64,000 bases of DNA from Scyliorhinus canicula (GCF_902713615.1 NC_052148.1:243733212-243797211); one strand, 5' to 3'; numbered from the stretch's first letter, positions 39,459 through 51,825 are shown. The notes: generated by a model not told the origin, from the letters alone. A program made the numbers and translations.

Positions 39459-40162
39459 GGGCGGGATTCACCCCTACCCGGCGGGGCGGGGAGTCCCTGC
39501 GTAGCGGAGTGGCGCCAACCACTCCGGGGTCGGGCCTCCCCAAAGGTGCGAATTCTCCGCACCTTTGGAGGCCAAGCCCTCACATTGAGGGGCTAGGCCC
39601 GCGCTGGAGCGGTTGGAACCACACCGACAGGCGCCAAAACCGGCACAACGGCCTTTGACGCCCACCGCCCAGCGCCGGGGCTGGCTGAAAGGCCTTCGCC
39701 GGTTCGCGCATGCGCCGGTGCGTCAGCTGCCGATGATGTCACCATCGGCGCATGCGCGCTGGGGGATTCTCTTCCGCCTCCGCCATGGTGGAAGCCGTGG
39801 CGGCGGCGGAAGAAAAAGAGTGCCCCCACGGCACTGGCCCGCCCGCCGATCGGTGGGCTCCGATCGCGGGCCTGGCCACCCCCCGGGGTCCGATCGCCCC
39901 GCGCCCCCCCAGGACCCCGGGGAGCACGTTCGCGCCACCGATCCCGCCGCCACCAGAGGTGGTTCAAACCACGGCGGCGGGAGAGGCCTCCCAGCGGCGG
40001 GACTTCGGCCCATCGCGGGCCGGAGAATCACAGCAGGGCTGCTCGCCGCTCGGCGGGGCACGATTCCCGTCCCCGCCAATTCCCCGGTGGTGGAGAATTT
40101 CTGCCGTGGCGGGGGCCGGATTTTCGGCGGCCCCAGGCGATTAGGGTCGGAGAATTTCGCCC
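39459..40162. mobile_element. GC-rich Harbinger-type MITE
   Basis: GGGCGGGATTCACC / GGAGAATTTCGCCC; closely similar to 44467-46459. Confidence 0.88.
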
Positions 40163-40449
40163 ATATTTTGTAAATAGTTATACTTCTTCGGAAGGGGGAA
40201 AAGTTTCTTTAAACAGAAAGGGATATGTTGTAATGTGCCTTTAAGGGATAGTAGCATACCGTTCACTGGAAAGCAAGCATGTCATGCTCTGATGTCTCAA
40301 AGTTTTGTACCTTTGAAAGTATATTCTCATGGGTCGAGCCTCGATAACCCCGTAATGCATTTATGCAATCCCTTATGAGTGACCGATGCCTTTATGTCAT
40401 TAAGGCTCACACAACAGAGACTGAAGATAACCTTGGAGGATGATCTTGA

Positions 40450-42520
40450 ACAGTTCTTGGACTAGAAAACTGACTTCAAACTGTACCATTCAGGTATAAA
40501 CAATGGTAGTCTAGGCTTGCTGGCTGCCAGGCAACAGCAAGGGTACTGGCAGAGTGACAGTAGTGAGAGGATGAATGCTGTCTTTGTAAGAGAGGACAGC
40601 AGGGTTGCCTCTATGGAACCACTGTCATTTTCCTGGGATGGCATCTCAGTAATCCTAGTAATCTGTTTTGGTATAGATTGTTGGACTGCTGTGAAACCCT
40701 GCAAGACCCTTTGAGTGCCGGTACCTGGAGCCATTATTACAGTCGGCTGAATTTGCATGGCATGTAAGTTGACCTTGCATCATTTCCACCACAGCATTCA
40801 GACTTTTGGTGGAGGCTGCTTGTGCTATAATAGAATCGGAGGCAGTAACGATCAGATACTGTGTCATGGTTGGGTCTCCAGGTATGTTGTTGGAGTTGAC
40901 TATCAAAGGAAAGAAGGAATTGAGACATCTATCCATCTCTGTTTTGAGCATGTATCATGTTGGAATAGATGGGCTCCAAGATCTGTGCACAGCCCTGTGT
41001 AAAGTTGATGCTCAGCTCATCCATGCACATTAACATCAAATGCAGGCTTACTGGAAAACTTTTCAATGTGCCAAGCGTTTTGTAGTGTACACCCATCAGC
41101 CATCTTCTGTAAGCTGGCTCAACGAAGGCCTCAGTTGAGTTCTCTCGAGCAAAACCTATGGTGCAACCTTGCCCTCAGGCAACCTGGCACCAGGGATGTC
41201 CTTGCCCTCTGCCCTGACTCTAGAAGTCTTGTGCCCGGTCTCTCATCAAATATAGGTCCTGTCTTTCTGCTATCTTCTGAGCTGGTGGCTGTGAGTCTGA
41301 AATCTATTGCGAGTGTGTCTTTACCATCACTCCCTTCACCTTTCTCCACTGTCTTATCAGGTTGCAATTCCTGTGTATCTGAAAGTGGGGTGAAAGCATA
41401 AAGGTAATGTGATGAAGGGAGGGTAGAAAGAAGGAGGCACATTCTTCCACTTTTGTAAATCAGAAGAGACTTGTATGAGGAGGCAGTGAGATGTGAGGAG
41501 GAGGAAGATTAGTTATTCAGATAAATTGTCATCTTCAATGGGGGCAGCACAGTAGCACAAGTGAATAGCAGTGGCTTCACAGCGCCAGGGTCCCAGGTTG
41601 ATTCCCCGCTGGGACACTGTCTGTGCGGAGTTTACACATTCTCTCCGTATCTGTGTGGCTATTTCCGGGTGCTCCGGTTTCCTCCCACGGTCCAAAGACA
41701 TGCAGGTTAGGTGGATTGGCCATGATAAATTGCCCTTAATGACCAAAAAACGTTTAGGAGGGGTTATTGGGTTTGGGGGATAGGGTGGAAGTGAGGGCTT
41801 AAGTGGGTCTGTGCAGATTTGATGGACCGAATGGCCTCCTTCTGCATTGTATGTTCTATGATCAATGGATTCTGGTGGTCAGTGACCGGGAAGGATAATT
41901 TTTGCCTCAGGAATAATCCATTGAATAATGCTCAGCATTGTCTCCTCCATGGGTTTTAGAGCATATTGGTGTCGCTCTCTCCTTCTGGTTGTTTCCCGCT
42001 GCCTTTGGTTTGTGCCACCTTCGCCTGCAAGACACTTGGCGATGGTTGTTCAATGCGTTTGGGTTTTATCGTTATCAGGTTAATCAGCTGGCATGTGTGC
42101 AAACCATGAGGTATGGGTGTGAAGCTTGAAATAGTGCTAAGTATACTTACGTGAGGTGAAACACATGCATGTTAAGGATGAGCTGAATTTGATGGAGGTA
42201 AATAGTGGTTGTGGCAATTTGAGCCGTACCGGAAGCAATTTGGTGCACTTGGCAATTTGAAGATGCAATCACTGACATTTACCACTGGTTTGAGGTCATT
42301 AAACTTCTTGTGGCATCCAGGCCCTTAGGACTGGCATTGATCACTGCGGTTATCTGTCCCCACTGTCCTTCTACCCCATACCAGAGGCCCTCTGCATATA
42401 GAGCATCTCTACTCCATTTCACTCCTCCACCAAGATCTCCAATGCAGCACCATTAAACTGGGTTCTGACCCTCTCCTACTCTCCCATGTTCTTTTCTCTG
42501 TCCCAGGTGAGACTCAGCTC
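40450..42520 (-). pseudogene. Old Harbinger Myb/SANT gene fossil (multi-exon)
   Basis: CHKKFNDL-like exon end near 42290-42320. CAG|AKVA exon at about 42025. Acidic/Ser-rich segment at 41200-41400 and heptad-like segment at 40600-41030. Many disablements. Confidence 0.5.
41540..41860 (+). mobile_element. HE1-like SINE
   Basis: Full head, body and tail. Confidence 0.9.
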
Positions 42521-42883
42521 ATAGACTTCCAGCACCTGCTCCGAACGCTTCCTCTTTAAGAGGTGCAGGCCAGCATTAAATTGTTTCCGTAATGATTTTG
42601 GAAACCCCACTGATGTGTGCAGCTAATTAATAACATGGGTTGGTGTTGGTTGCAAGCAGGAATTCTGATAATGAGTAGGCAACATGAAGATGCATCATGA
42701 TCGCTGCTTTTGCTTCTGGGGGGGAGGGGGCGGGGAGGCGATATCCAATTGAGCCCCCAATATATTGTCACTGTCACATTGCTGTTTGTGGGATCTTGCT
42801 GTGTGAAAATTGATTGTCCTGTTTCCTAGAATGCAACAGCGGCGACATTTCAACAAGTGCTCGATCAGCTACAATGGGACATC

Positions 42884-43489
42884 GGGGCCGAAATTGCACT
42901 CGGCAGGGAGGCGGAGAATGGGGGTCTCAAACCCACCGTGCCGGGAGGCGATTCTCCATGGACCAGAGAGTCGCTGCCAGCTGCGTGCGCGCGGTCGACG
43001 CTGCGCCGGATGGGGGCGTTGAAAGAGGCCCCCACGTCGATTCTCGCCGATCGACCGGCCGAGTTCCGACCTGGTTCCACCCGGCAAGAGCTCGGTCTCA
43101 CGGCCGCGCTGGCCGTCCTGGTGGGGGGGCGGGGGGATCAGACTCTGGGGGGGCCTCCACGACAGACAGACCCCCGATCGGGGGCTACCGATCGGCAAGC
43201 ACGCGCGATCCTGGCGGGGCCTATCTTCTTCCGTGCCAGTCCACTGTGTGGCTCCACCACGTTGCGCGACGCTGGCATGCAAGAAGCTGCCGTGCGCATG
43301 CGTGGAACCGCGGCCAACCTCCGCATGTATGCGTGGAGCTGCGGCGAGTGCAGGGCCACGTACGGCAGCTGGAGCAGCGCAGAGCACTCCAGCGCCATGC
43401 TGGCTCCCTGTGGGCAACAGAATTGCTGGGCCAAGAGGTCCGTTGATGCCAGCGTGAAACAGTGGGCGTTTTCCGAGAATCCCCGGCCC
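42884..43489. mobile_element. GC-rich Harbinger-type MITE inserted in a Deu-SINE 3' part
   Basis: GGGCCGAAATTGC / GAGAATCCCCGGCCC; internal motifs shared with 37696-38328. Confidence 0.78.
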
Positions 43490-44980
43490 CTGTTTTTGTG
43501 AAGGGCGCTATTTAAAAGCAAATCTCTCATTCGTTTTCTCATGTCAGCTCCTGTGGCTGCAGCAAATACTGAAAGTGTGACTTGCCAGACTGTCACTCAT
43601 TGCAATTCCTGCTGGTTGATTAGGAATCTCCTCACAGATAGCCTCAGCATCCTGGGGAGAGGAACCAGTGTCTGCATTGCTGCAAAGCTACAATGCTGCA
43701 GTGCTCACAGTGCTGCAAGTGGGGCCAACAATTGGAATGAAAGGTCACAACATCTCTGACCTCCTGAGCGCAGAGAGCTCCTTGTTCTTTGTTGGGTAAT
43801 GCGGGCGCTGAGATCACAGAACTCCATTTTGTGTAGCGGCAGTATGTATTCAGGTGCCAGAACACCTTGCATTCAGCGAGGTGACAGGAAGTGTAATGGT
43901 GTAAAGATGCTCAGCCCGCTGAGGGGCAGCACTTCGGTTGAAGCCGAGAAACGAAGAATCTTCAAATTCAGCCATTTAGCTAATCGTTCCTGTGCTGGCT
44001 CAGAGACAGGAGCTAATTGTAGCCAAGCCGAGCCTGAAAAATAAACTTTCAATTTGGAAGTGAAATTGGCAGCGATAACAACGTAAGTCAATGCCAATAG
44101 CAACACTTCTGTGTGGTTGATACAAGGGGGAATTGAAAGATGGATCTTAAAAATGAGTAATGAGTACCAGCAAAGTAATTAAGGCAATTGGAATGTTGGC
44201 ATTCATTGCAATGGGGATGAATTATTTAAGTCGTACTGCTTCAATTTTTGATCTTATTTAAGGAGAGATACACTTGCATTAGAGGCAATTCAGAGACAGT
44301 TCATCAGGCTGATTCCCGGGTGAAAAAGTTGTCTTATGAGGAAAGGTTGAGTAGATTAGGCCACAACTTATTGGAGCTTAGAAGAATGAAAGATAATATT
44401 GAATCATGAGATTCTAAGGGGCTTGACAGGATAGAGCATTTCCCCTGATGGGGACTCTAGAACCAGGGGCGGGATTCTCTCCTACCCGGCGGGACGGGGG
44501 GTCCCGGCGTAGGGGAGTGGCGCCAACCACTCCGGGGTCGGGCCTCCCCAAAGGTGGGGAATTCTCCCCACCTTTGGGGGCTAGCCCCGCGCCAGAGCGG
44601 TTGGCACCACGCCGACTGGCGCAAAAACCGGCGCCAGCAGCCTTTCAGGCCCGCCGCCCGGCAGCGGGGCTGGTCGAAAGGCTTTCGCCGGTTCGCCAGT
44701 TTCCGCCAGCTGCCGCTGACGTCACCACCGGCGCATGTGCGCTGTGGGTTTCTCTTCCGCTTCTGCCATGGCGGCGGCGGAGGAGAAAGAGTGCCCCCAG
44801 GGCACTGGCCCTCCCCCTGATAGGGGGGCCCCGATCGTGGGCCTGGCCACCGTGGGGGCACCCTCCGGGTCTGATCGCCCCGCGCCCCCCCCAGGACCCC
44901 GGGGGCCCAGTCGCGCCACCGATCCCGCCGCCACCAGAGGTGGTTCAAACCTCGGCGGCGGGAGAGGCCTCCCAGCGTCG

Positions 44981-46279
44981 TGTTTTTGTAAATTCACCAC
45001 TCTGTCTTAGAATTCCCCCTATACCAAAAAGGGCCGATATTCCAAATGGTGACAGGGATTCTCACTCCCTGACTCCGATGCAGGCTTCGGTGGGTGCTAT
45101 TCAGGTCAAACTATATTTCCAAGTTATTCCCCGGTATAACCCATACCTTCACCGAAGAATTTTACCTACTTACCCCTTAATAGCATCGATGTCCTGGGTC
45201 CTGCATTATTAAGGAAGTGAAGTAAGCTAATAACCACTTTTTCAGGTTAAGTTATTTTATTATTATACTTTTTTTCCCTTTAAGTTGCAAACACTTTCTT
45301 TACAGAAAGGAAAAACGATTAGTGATTCCGGATGCTGCTGGTTTGTTGTAGGGACCTTCAGACTCTCTCTCTCTCTCTCTTGTAGTTCTCCTCCCCTTCT
45401 CTCCTGTTGCTGTTTCTCTGTTTTCTCTGTTCTCTGTGTTCTGTCCTCTGTCCTCCCCATTGCTGCTGGTTCACTTCCTTAGGTTGGGCCAATTTTATTT
45501 CAACCTTGCCCTTCATAGCCTGAGCTTTCTTGGGATCAATAACTCTCCCATCAAGTTTGTGCTCCCCATTCAATACCCTGTCTACTCTTTCAGGATCCTT
45601 GAAGAGGATAAACCCAAATCCTCGCGAACACCCAGTCACAGGATCCATTTTAATTAAGCAGTCTACACATCTCTCCCCATCCAGAAAAGCAGTCCCTTAA
45701 ATCTTTCTTACTTGTTTCCCAGCTGAGTCCACCAACAAACCTCTTCCTTCTCATCCTCCTCATTCTTGCTGGCGTTGATCTTCGAGCCTTCCACCTCCTT
45801 GAGGGGAGCGGAGCTCCCCCGGGCCGTGCCCCGGTCACCAGCTGTTGCTGCCTCGCGTTCTGCTGCTCTCTGCTCCTGCCTCGCGCGTGGGGGGAGGGGC
45901 GAGGGGAGCCCGCGCTTAGTGCTTTTTGGCGGGCGAGATCGGGACCTCCGATAGGGGATGGGCTACGGGACTTAAAGGGGCATGGTGGGACACAACCAGG
46001 CCAATGGGTCGCCCTCTATTCAGTACATCACAGTGCTTCAACACAGCACAAAGAAATCTATGCAAACTCTCTTTTTCTTTTTCCCTTTCTCCTGCTGCAG
46101 GTTGTAATAACAATTCTGACAGACTGAAATTGACTGCATTTTTGACAGAAGAGCTGGCCACAGTTTCTGCTCTTTTCAGCTGCCACCAACCTCTTGTGGG
46201 ATCTTTTCCTGCACTCTCCCAGACCAGATATTGGCAGACTTCTATGTTTCAAACGACACATTCTGTATTTTCCAGAACA
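44981..46279 (-). mobile_element. Solo-LTR-like insertion (1.3 kb) containing a host-gene fragment
   Basis: TG...CA ends with imperfect inverted termini (TGTTTTTGTAAAT vs TGTTCTGGAAAAT). 4-bp TSD GTCG/GGCG. Splits a MITE whose uninterrupted paralogue at 39991-40006 reads CCCAGCGGCGGGACTT. AATAAA on the minus strand near 45257-45262. Confidence 0.78.
45451..45850 (-). pseudogene. Intronless hnRNP A/B-D-DL family fragment (RRM1 plus post-RRM2 tail; RRM2 deleted)
   Basis: Across frameshifts: [85 protein letters not shown]. These match the HNRNPAB/HNRNPDL pattern; the exact paralogue cannot be resolved by eye. Confidence 0.92.
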
Positions 46280-46483
46280 GGCGGGACTTCGGCCCATCGC
46301 GGGCCGGAGAATCGCCGCAGGGGCCTCGCCGATCGGAGTGGCGAGATTCCCATCCCCGCCAATTCCCGGGTGGCGGAGAATCTCTGCCATGGCGGGGGCG
46401 GGATTTTCGGCGGCCCCAGGCGATTCTCCGACCCTGCTGGGGGTCGGAGAATTTCGCCCAAGGTGGCACTATTTAAAAATAAG

Positions 46484-48420
46484 CAGTAGAAATTTCCGTT
46501 TCAGAAACAATTTGACGCTGGGACTGAATCAGTGGTGTTTTACGACAGGAAAATTGGCACCTTTCCCAGAGCAATTCCTCAACCGTTAATGGGCTACACC
46601 GGTGCCACGTGGAACAGGACCAATTCCAATGAAAAACAGTGTCTGATTCGTCGGAGTCGGTATTGACACTCGGGAGGCTGACAATCTGCAACCGCATCTA
46701 AGCACCTCACTGCCCCCACACACACTATCCCAGCCAAGAAGATGGCAGCAAGGAGAGCGGCACCCCGGTTAACAGACGCAGAGCTGGGGACCCTACTGGA
46801 TGCAGTGGAGGAGAGGTGGGCCACCCTGTGCCCCAGGATGGGGAGGAGGTTACCACCCACCGCTGCGCATTGGGCCTGGGTGCAGGTGGGAGAGGCCGTA
46901 AGCGCTGTGGGTAACACCGCCAGCACCGGTCAGCAGTGCCACAAGAAACTGCACAACCTCCTCAGGGCGCCCACACTGCCCCCTCCACCAACACCACCAC
47001 CGCCACCCCAACCTGCGGTCCAATCATGCACCTTGCCTCGCCTGGCGATGAGGTGGGCCAATCTGGCTCCCCCTACCCCCTCTCCCAACTCCAACCACAA
47101 TCCCAGGAGGACAGCAGCGAGGAGCTGGAGGAGGAAACAGACATCGATGGAAGCTCTCGACCCGCAGCCCGAGATACCGCGGAGCACCCTTCCGGGAACG
47201 ACAGTGACGTCCTGTCACAGCAGTCTCCAACATCCTCCATCATCCCAGAAATACACACCTCGATGGGGCACTTTTGTGAAGAGGTTCTTGGGGCACTATC
47301 TGGAGCGCACCACATACATGCATTTGGAGGTAGTAGGAACCCCCGAGGGGACGGACAGTCAGAGGGCAGCTCGACCCCCAGGTACTGGCTGCCAGCCAGA
47401 CAGGCCTCAAGCTTCTGGGACGGACGGTCCCATTGATTGTGGAGATGCAGGCACAGAGCCAAGGACTACATGAGGGGGTGTTGGCTACTATCCAGCGCCT
47501 GCAGATGCAGTTGGAAGGGTCGAACCACCCACAGAAGCAGGGGGTGGTGCCAACCATGCATGCCACCCAGGCCAACACCGCAAGGGTAGCATTCACTGAG
47601 GAAGCCTTGGGAGTGAAGGTTTCGGCCATGGTTCATGATGTCCAAGGCCTGGGAACTCTGTGCGGATGGCGGCAAATGCGCAAGACAGGGCAGCCATGTA
47701 TCAGGGCGACCTGGACATTGCAGCAGCGTTCCAGAGCATGACCTAGTCACAGCGGGTCATGGTTGAGGGCGTCAGCGGCATTACTCAAGAAGATGGTGGC
47801 ACAGTCGCAACGTGTGGAGGTGATGTGCTCCATGGGCTCCATGGCCGCGAGTATGAGATGCTGGTCAGGGCGGGGGTGGACCTCCAGGACTGGCAGTGCC
47901 AGGTGGAGGGGGGGCGGGGGGGGCAACAGGGGATGGCTCCGCTCGCACCACTGTCACATGGAATAGCCCGGGAGCTATCGCGCACCCCGAGGGGGGAGGA
48001 GCTGATGGGGCCTGTGACGATGACTCCTGCATGGGAGGTGCTGGAACGTCACAGTGCCTCGGACACCCCCCCCCCCCCCCCCCCCCTGTCCCCGGTGCAT
48101 CTGATGTGTAGTAGACAGAACAGGGTAGCATCACGCCACTTGGTACACCGAGGCAGCAGCTGGGCCCATCCAGGCCCGGTCGCCACTGAGGGTGGCCGCC
48201 AAAGGCACCCAGGTCACAGACGAGATTCGCAAAAGGCCTCCTGCACTCCTGATGTACTGCCTGGGGATCCACCTGGCACAGCATTAGGGCCCACAAGGCC
48301 AGGAAGACAGTCACCAGTTCAGTTGGCACGGACGCAGCTTATAGGATAGTGGCTGGGGCACAAAGTTGCATATATATATGTTCAATTGCTCACTTTAAAC
48401 ACCTGTTCACAATGTTAGAG
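46484..48420 (+). pseudogene. Decayed Harbinger element: left end plus Myb/SANT-coiled-coil gene
   Basis: MAARRAAPRLTDAELGTLLDAVEER...WVQV...CHKKLHNL at 46742-46968. Also SPTSSIIPE, QGVVPTMHATQANTARVA and LQDWQCQV in shifted frames. 3' region resembles 57600-57700. Confidence 0.88.
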
Positions 48421-48739
48421 CCTTCTCTATCAGAAGGTTGGGAGGGATGGGCTGGTCTGGGCTGGCCACAGATGGAGTGCAGAGGGTGGGTGGGAAGAAT
48501 GGGCAGAGGTTGTGGGTGGGCTTGGCGCAGGAATCCCCAGATCAGCAAGCGCTCACCGCTCCGACGTCTCTCACCCATCTCCCCTTCCCACCGTGACAGA
48601 TTAAGGTGACAGAGGCTTCACATGTATGAGGTGTGACATATTTTAGTAGACCATATTTTACTGTGACTGATTTCCATTCCCCCAGCTACAGATAGTGATC
48701 GCACCAGTGCCCACTCAGTGCTCCTCACTATTCGTGGTC

Positions 48740-49620
48740 TTTCGTGGTCTACTGCTATGACTAGGTGTATCGACAGGATGAACATCAGAGGTGAAGGCAG
48801 CCTCCTGATTTCTACGCTCTGTGGCCTTTAATGCCCATGGCAGATGTCCTCTGGAAGGCCTGGAGCCATGGGGCCTAGCCGACTTACCAGTGTCACTGGC
48901 TTCGCCCTGCCATACTGTTCTGCACTCTGCCCTTGAGATGCACCAGTGACAGGAGGGGAAGGTTTGAAAGAACTAGAAACTGGCATAGACTCCTTGGTGG
49001 CAGGCCCTGGGTTGGGCTCCTGCATTTCCTCCTCCCTGCTGCTGTCCGTTGGACCCTGGGGGACACAATGGGATGGAGGGGAAGCTGGAGGGAGCTCAAG
49101 AGGCCTCTGGGTCACCTGGCGCTGCCAGATCTGGAGCCTCCCCATTGTCTGAACCATGGTGTCGACACCCTTTGCGATGCTCCTCAGTGATTGGGCCATG
49201 TTTTGCAATGCCTTGGCAATGTCCACCTGCATCTGGGACACATCCCTTATTAACTGGGACATGATGGTGAGGCCCTCAGCCATGGCCGTCACAGACTGAA
49301 CCATGCCTTGGACACCACCACTCAAGATGCCGGCGTTATGGCCCAGGCTTTCTGCTGTGGTTGCCAGCCTAGCAGTGTTTGCCTCAGTGCCACACTTTGT
49401 CAGCAACATCTCCTGCGCCTGCAGCCTTTGGGACTCCTCCAATCAGCCTTGCAGTCGCTGGATTGTTGCTGACACTCCTTCTGAATCTCACTCCTGTGTC
49501 CTATCGTTTGTGTCATCTTTGGGAGAACCTTGTCCAAGGCTCAGCATCTGATCGGGACCCAGATGTGATTTGGGATCCAGCTGACTGCTGTCTTCTCTGG
49601 ATGTTCCTGCCTCCACCTGA
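48740..49620 (-). pseudogene. Decayed Harbinger coiled-coil exon (third copy)
   Basis: EESQRLQAQE...TEANTARLA...VSQMQVDIAKALQNMAQSL...LQIWQRQV, homologous to 56800-57230. Confidence 0.82.
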
Positions 49621-49770
49621 TGTGGATTGGCCATGCTAAATTGTGCCTCAGTTTCCAAAGGTTACGTGTGGTTGCGGGGGAGTGGGCCGGGGTAAAGTGC
49701 TCTTTTAAAGGTTGGTGCAGACTCAATGGGCCAAATGACTGCCTCCTGCATTGTAGGGTTTCTATGATAG
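49621..49770 (+). mobile_element. HE1-like SINE 3' half between two Harbinger fragments
   Basis: GTGGATTGGCCATGCTAAATTG...TTCTATG. Confidence 0.82.
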
Positions 49771-50135
49771 CATAAAAGTTTAGGGCTGTAGTGACCTTCA
49801 CAGCCACCAGGAGCGGGTGTCCTTCTCGTCCACGGGGTGCCATGTTCACGACGACATGACACAGGCGCCGCTCTAACTCTCTGCTGAGATGCAGTCTTCT
49901 GTGGACAATGGTGTTCGTCAGCTTATTGAATGACCAATGATGCCTGTACACCTTGGGCTGCCCTGGCCTTCCCTTCTGCCTCTCTCTTCAGCCTGACATA
50001 ATCTAATCACATAGGATGCTGCCACCAGCCATCGTTATCGCTGCTGCCTTCTATGGTATCTGCCCACCTGGTTGCCACAAGCAGCACAAGGGCAGCCTCT
50101 GCAGGATCGACCTCCGCAAACAGATTTTTATCTGG
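49771..50135 (-). pseudogene. Harbinger transposase N-terminal remnant
   Basis: PKVYRHHWSF...RRLHLSR...MAPRGREGHPLLVAVKVTTALNFYA, preceded by a polypyrimidine-CAG acceptor near 50132. Confidence 0.8.
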
Positions 50136-50569
50136 GATGAATTAGAGAAAGAGAGATCAACAATCAGTTTGAGCTTCACCCCGGGACCCTCAAATCCCCC
50201 AAGCCTCCCCCGCCCTTCCCGTGACTGTCCCGTCTTCTCTCAGACTGCCATCCACTGAGCCACTTGTGCTGGAAAACCTTCCCCTGTACACTCACCCCTG
50301 GCCACACCAGGAACCCCTAGTCCCCAGACCTCTGCTGGGAACATGAGGGAGGACTTGCTCAGCTGCCCTCGCTCATCCAGACATTTACCCTTTGGTCGCG
50401 AAAAGATCCACAGTGCTGAAGCCTTACTCTTTACTGTTTGATTGTTGGCAGCTGCCTCTATGATGCTGATGCTCCTAGACTACAGGCACACTGTTCAGGC
50501 ACCAAAGTTTGCTGGACATGCAATTCTCTAATCATTCTCTGACGCCTGGCATATGATCCCTCGAGGAGG

Positions 50570-50975
50570 CATTTGAGAGTTGAGGAGCTTGAAATGCTAT
50601 CATAACCAGCCTTCAACTGTGAAGCCAGAGCTGAGGAGGAGGGTGGACATCCTTCATGAAAATGAAAATCACTTATTGTCACGAGTAGGCTTCAAATGAA
50701 GTTACTGTGAAAAGCCCCTAGTCGCCACATTCTGGCGCCTGTTCAGGGAGGCTGTTACGGGAATCGAACCGTGCTGCTGGCTTGCTTTGGTCTGCTTTCA
50801 AAGCCAGTGATTAGCCCTGTGAGCTAAACAGCCCCTGGGTCATGTCAGGGTGAAGGAAGTTCTCCAGGTAGCTCAGTAAACAGTGGGAGGAGATAGCTGG
50901 GGATGTGATTGCCACAACAACATGGCTGCTGTCCTTGGAAAGAAAATCAATCATGCAGCTTGAGTTGTCAAGGTA
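50570..50975 (+). pseudogene. Possible Harbinger Myb exon-1 fossil, split by a SINE
   Basis: QWEEIAGDV at 50881, ending in GTCAAG|GTAAGA donor at 50973. Confidence 0.35.
50656..50835 (-). mobile_element. Short tRNA-derived SINE (second family)
   Basis: Near-identical to 36557-36738. Confidence 0.85.
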
Positions 50976-51825
50976 AGAAACCTGCTTAAAAAGTCTTATT
51001 ACAGCTACACCACTCATTGCACTCATCACAGTGCTACAGCAATACCACTGCACTCAGCCAATGTCCTGGCGCTGATGTTACTCAACCTATTAGCCCAGAT
51101 TGTTACAGTGCACGCCAAGATGCTACAGCCTGCACCCAGGCCTTTTAGGCCCAGAGTTGCTTGAGGCCATCTTCCACATGTAGCTGAAGTTTTCTCAATG
51201 GAAGCTCAGCAGGCTTCAACTCCCCAACCTCTGAGAAAACACCTTTAGGAGCACTAAGGTAGAGAATTCAAGACAGGCACAAAGGGTTTGCTCAAATGGG
51301 ATTAGTCATGTTTTCGGGAGTACATTTGTTTTGGATCTTAATTCGGTGTTGATTTTTGACTTTGCAACAAAGGAGGGGAGAAGTCTGGAGTGGAGGCAAA
51401 CCATCACATGGTGGATGTAAAAGAATGTTAAGGGTTGTCAGACTATAGGTGATTGAGGAATGCGAGGGCTGACTCAGTTAAAACACTAACCAGTGATCCC
51501 CAAGCAGTGACAAGGACTGCAGAACTTGGCAAAGTGTCAGGCTCAGACTGAGAACTGGAGTGTAAATCTCCAGTTGCACAGACCAGGTTTCTCTCCGGAT
51601 CCTGAGCCTGTTCTTAAAGAAAAAAATGAGTGGGCATGGTTCATGGCACCACTCTGACAGAGAGGCGCCTGTTAGAGCCAGCAACCTGCTCTGCAGAGAT
51701 TGGGGCGCCCCCTTTAAAGGAGACTCTAATACCACCACAGAGACATCTCCCGACAATCATCACTGGCATTCCTCCCCCACTACACCCCCCCCCTTTATTT
51801 TTTTCTTTATTTTAAAAAATTTAGA

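Larger units (their letters stand above)
44467..46459. mobile_element. GC-rich Harbinger-type MITE split by the LTR-like insert
   Basis: GGGCGGGATTCTCT at 44467 and GGAGAATTTCGCCC ending 46459; flanks CAG/AAG inside a CR1 3' fragment. Confidence 0.88.

Noticed and set aside
43866-44033. Possible 168-bp minus-strand exon (TTTTTCAG acceptor, weak donor)
   Set aside because: Every frame has a stop and there is no recognisable protein similarity.
45358-45838. Functional hnRNP gene
   Set aside because: Intronless, frameshifted, lacking RRM2, with the RNP1-adjacent GRSRGF changed to GCSRGF; called a pseudogene fragment instead.
33028-46589. Many overlapping Arg/Pro/Gly-rich ORFs in the GC-rich blocks
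   Set aside because: They fall inside non-coding MITEs, high GC suppresses stops, and frames are not conserved between copies.
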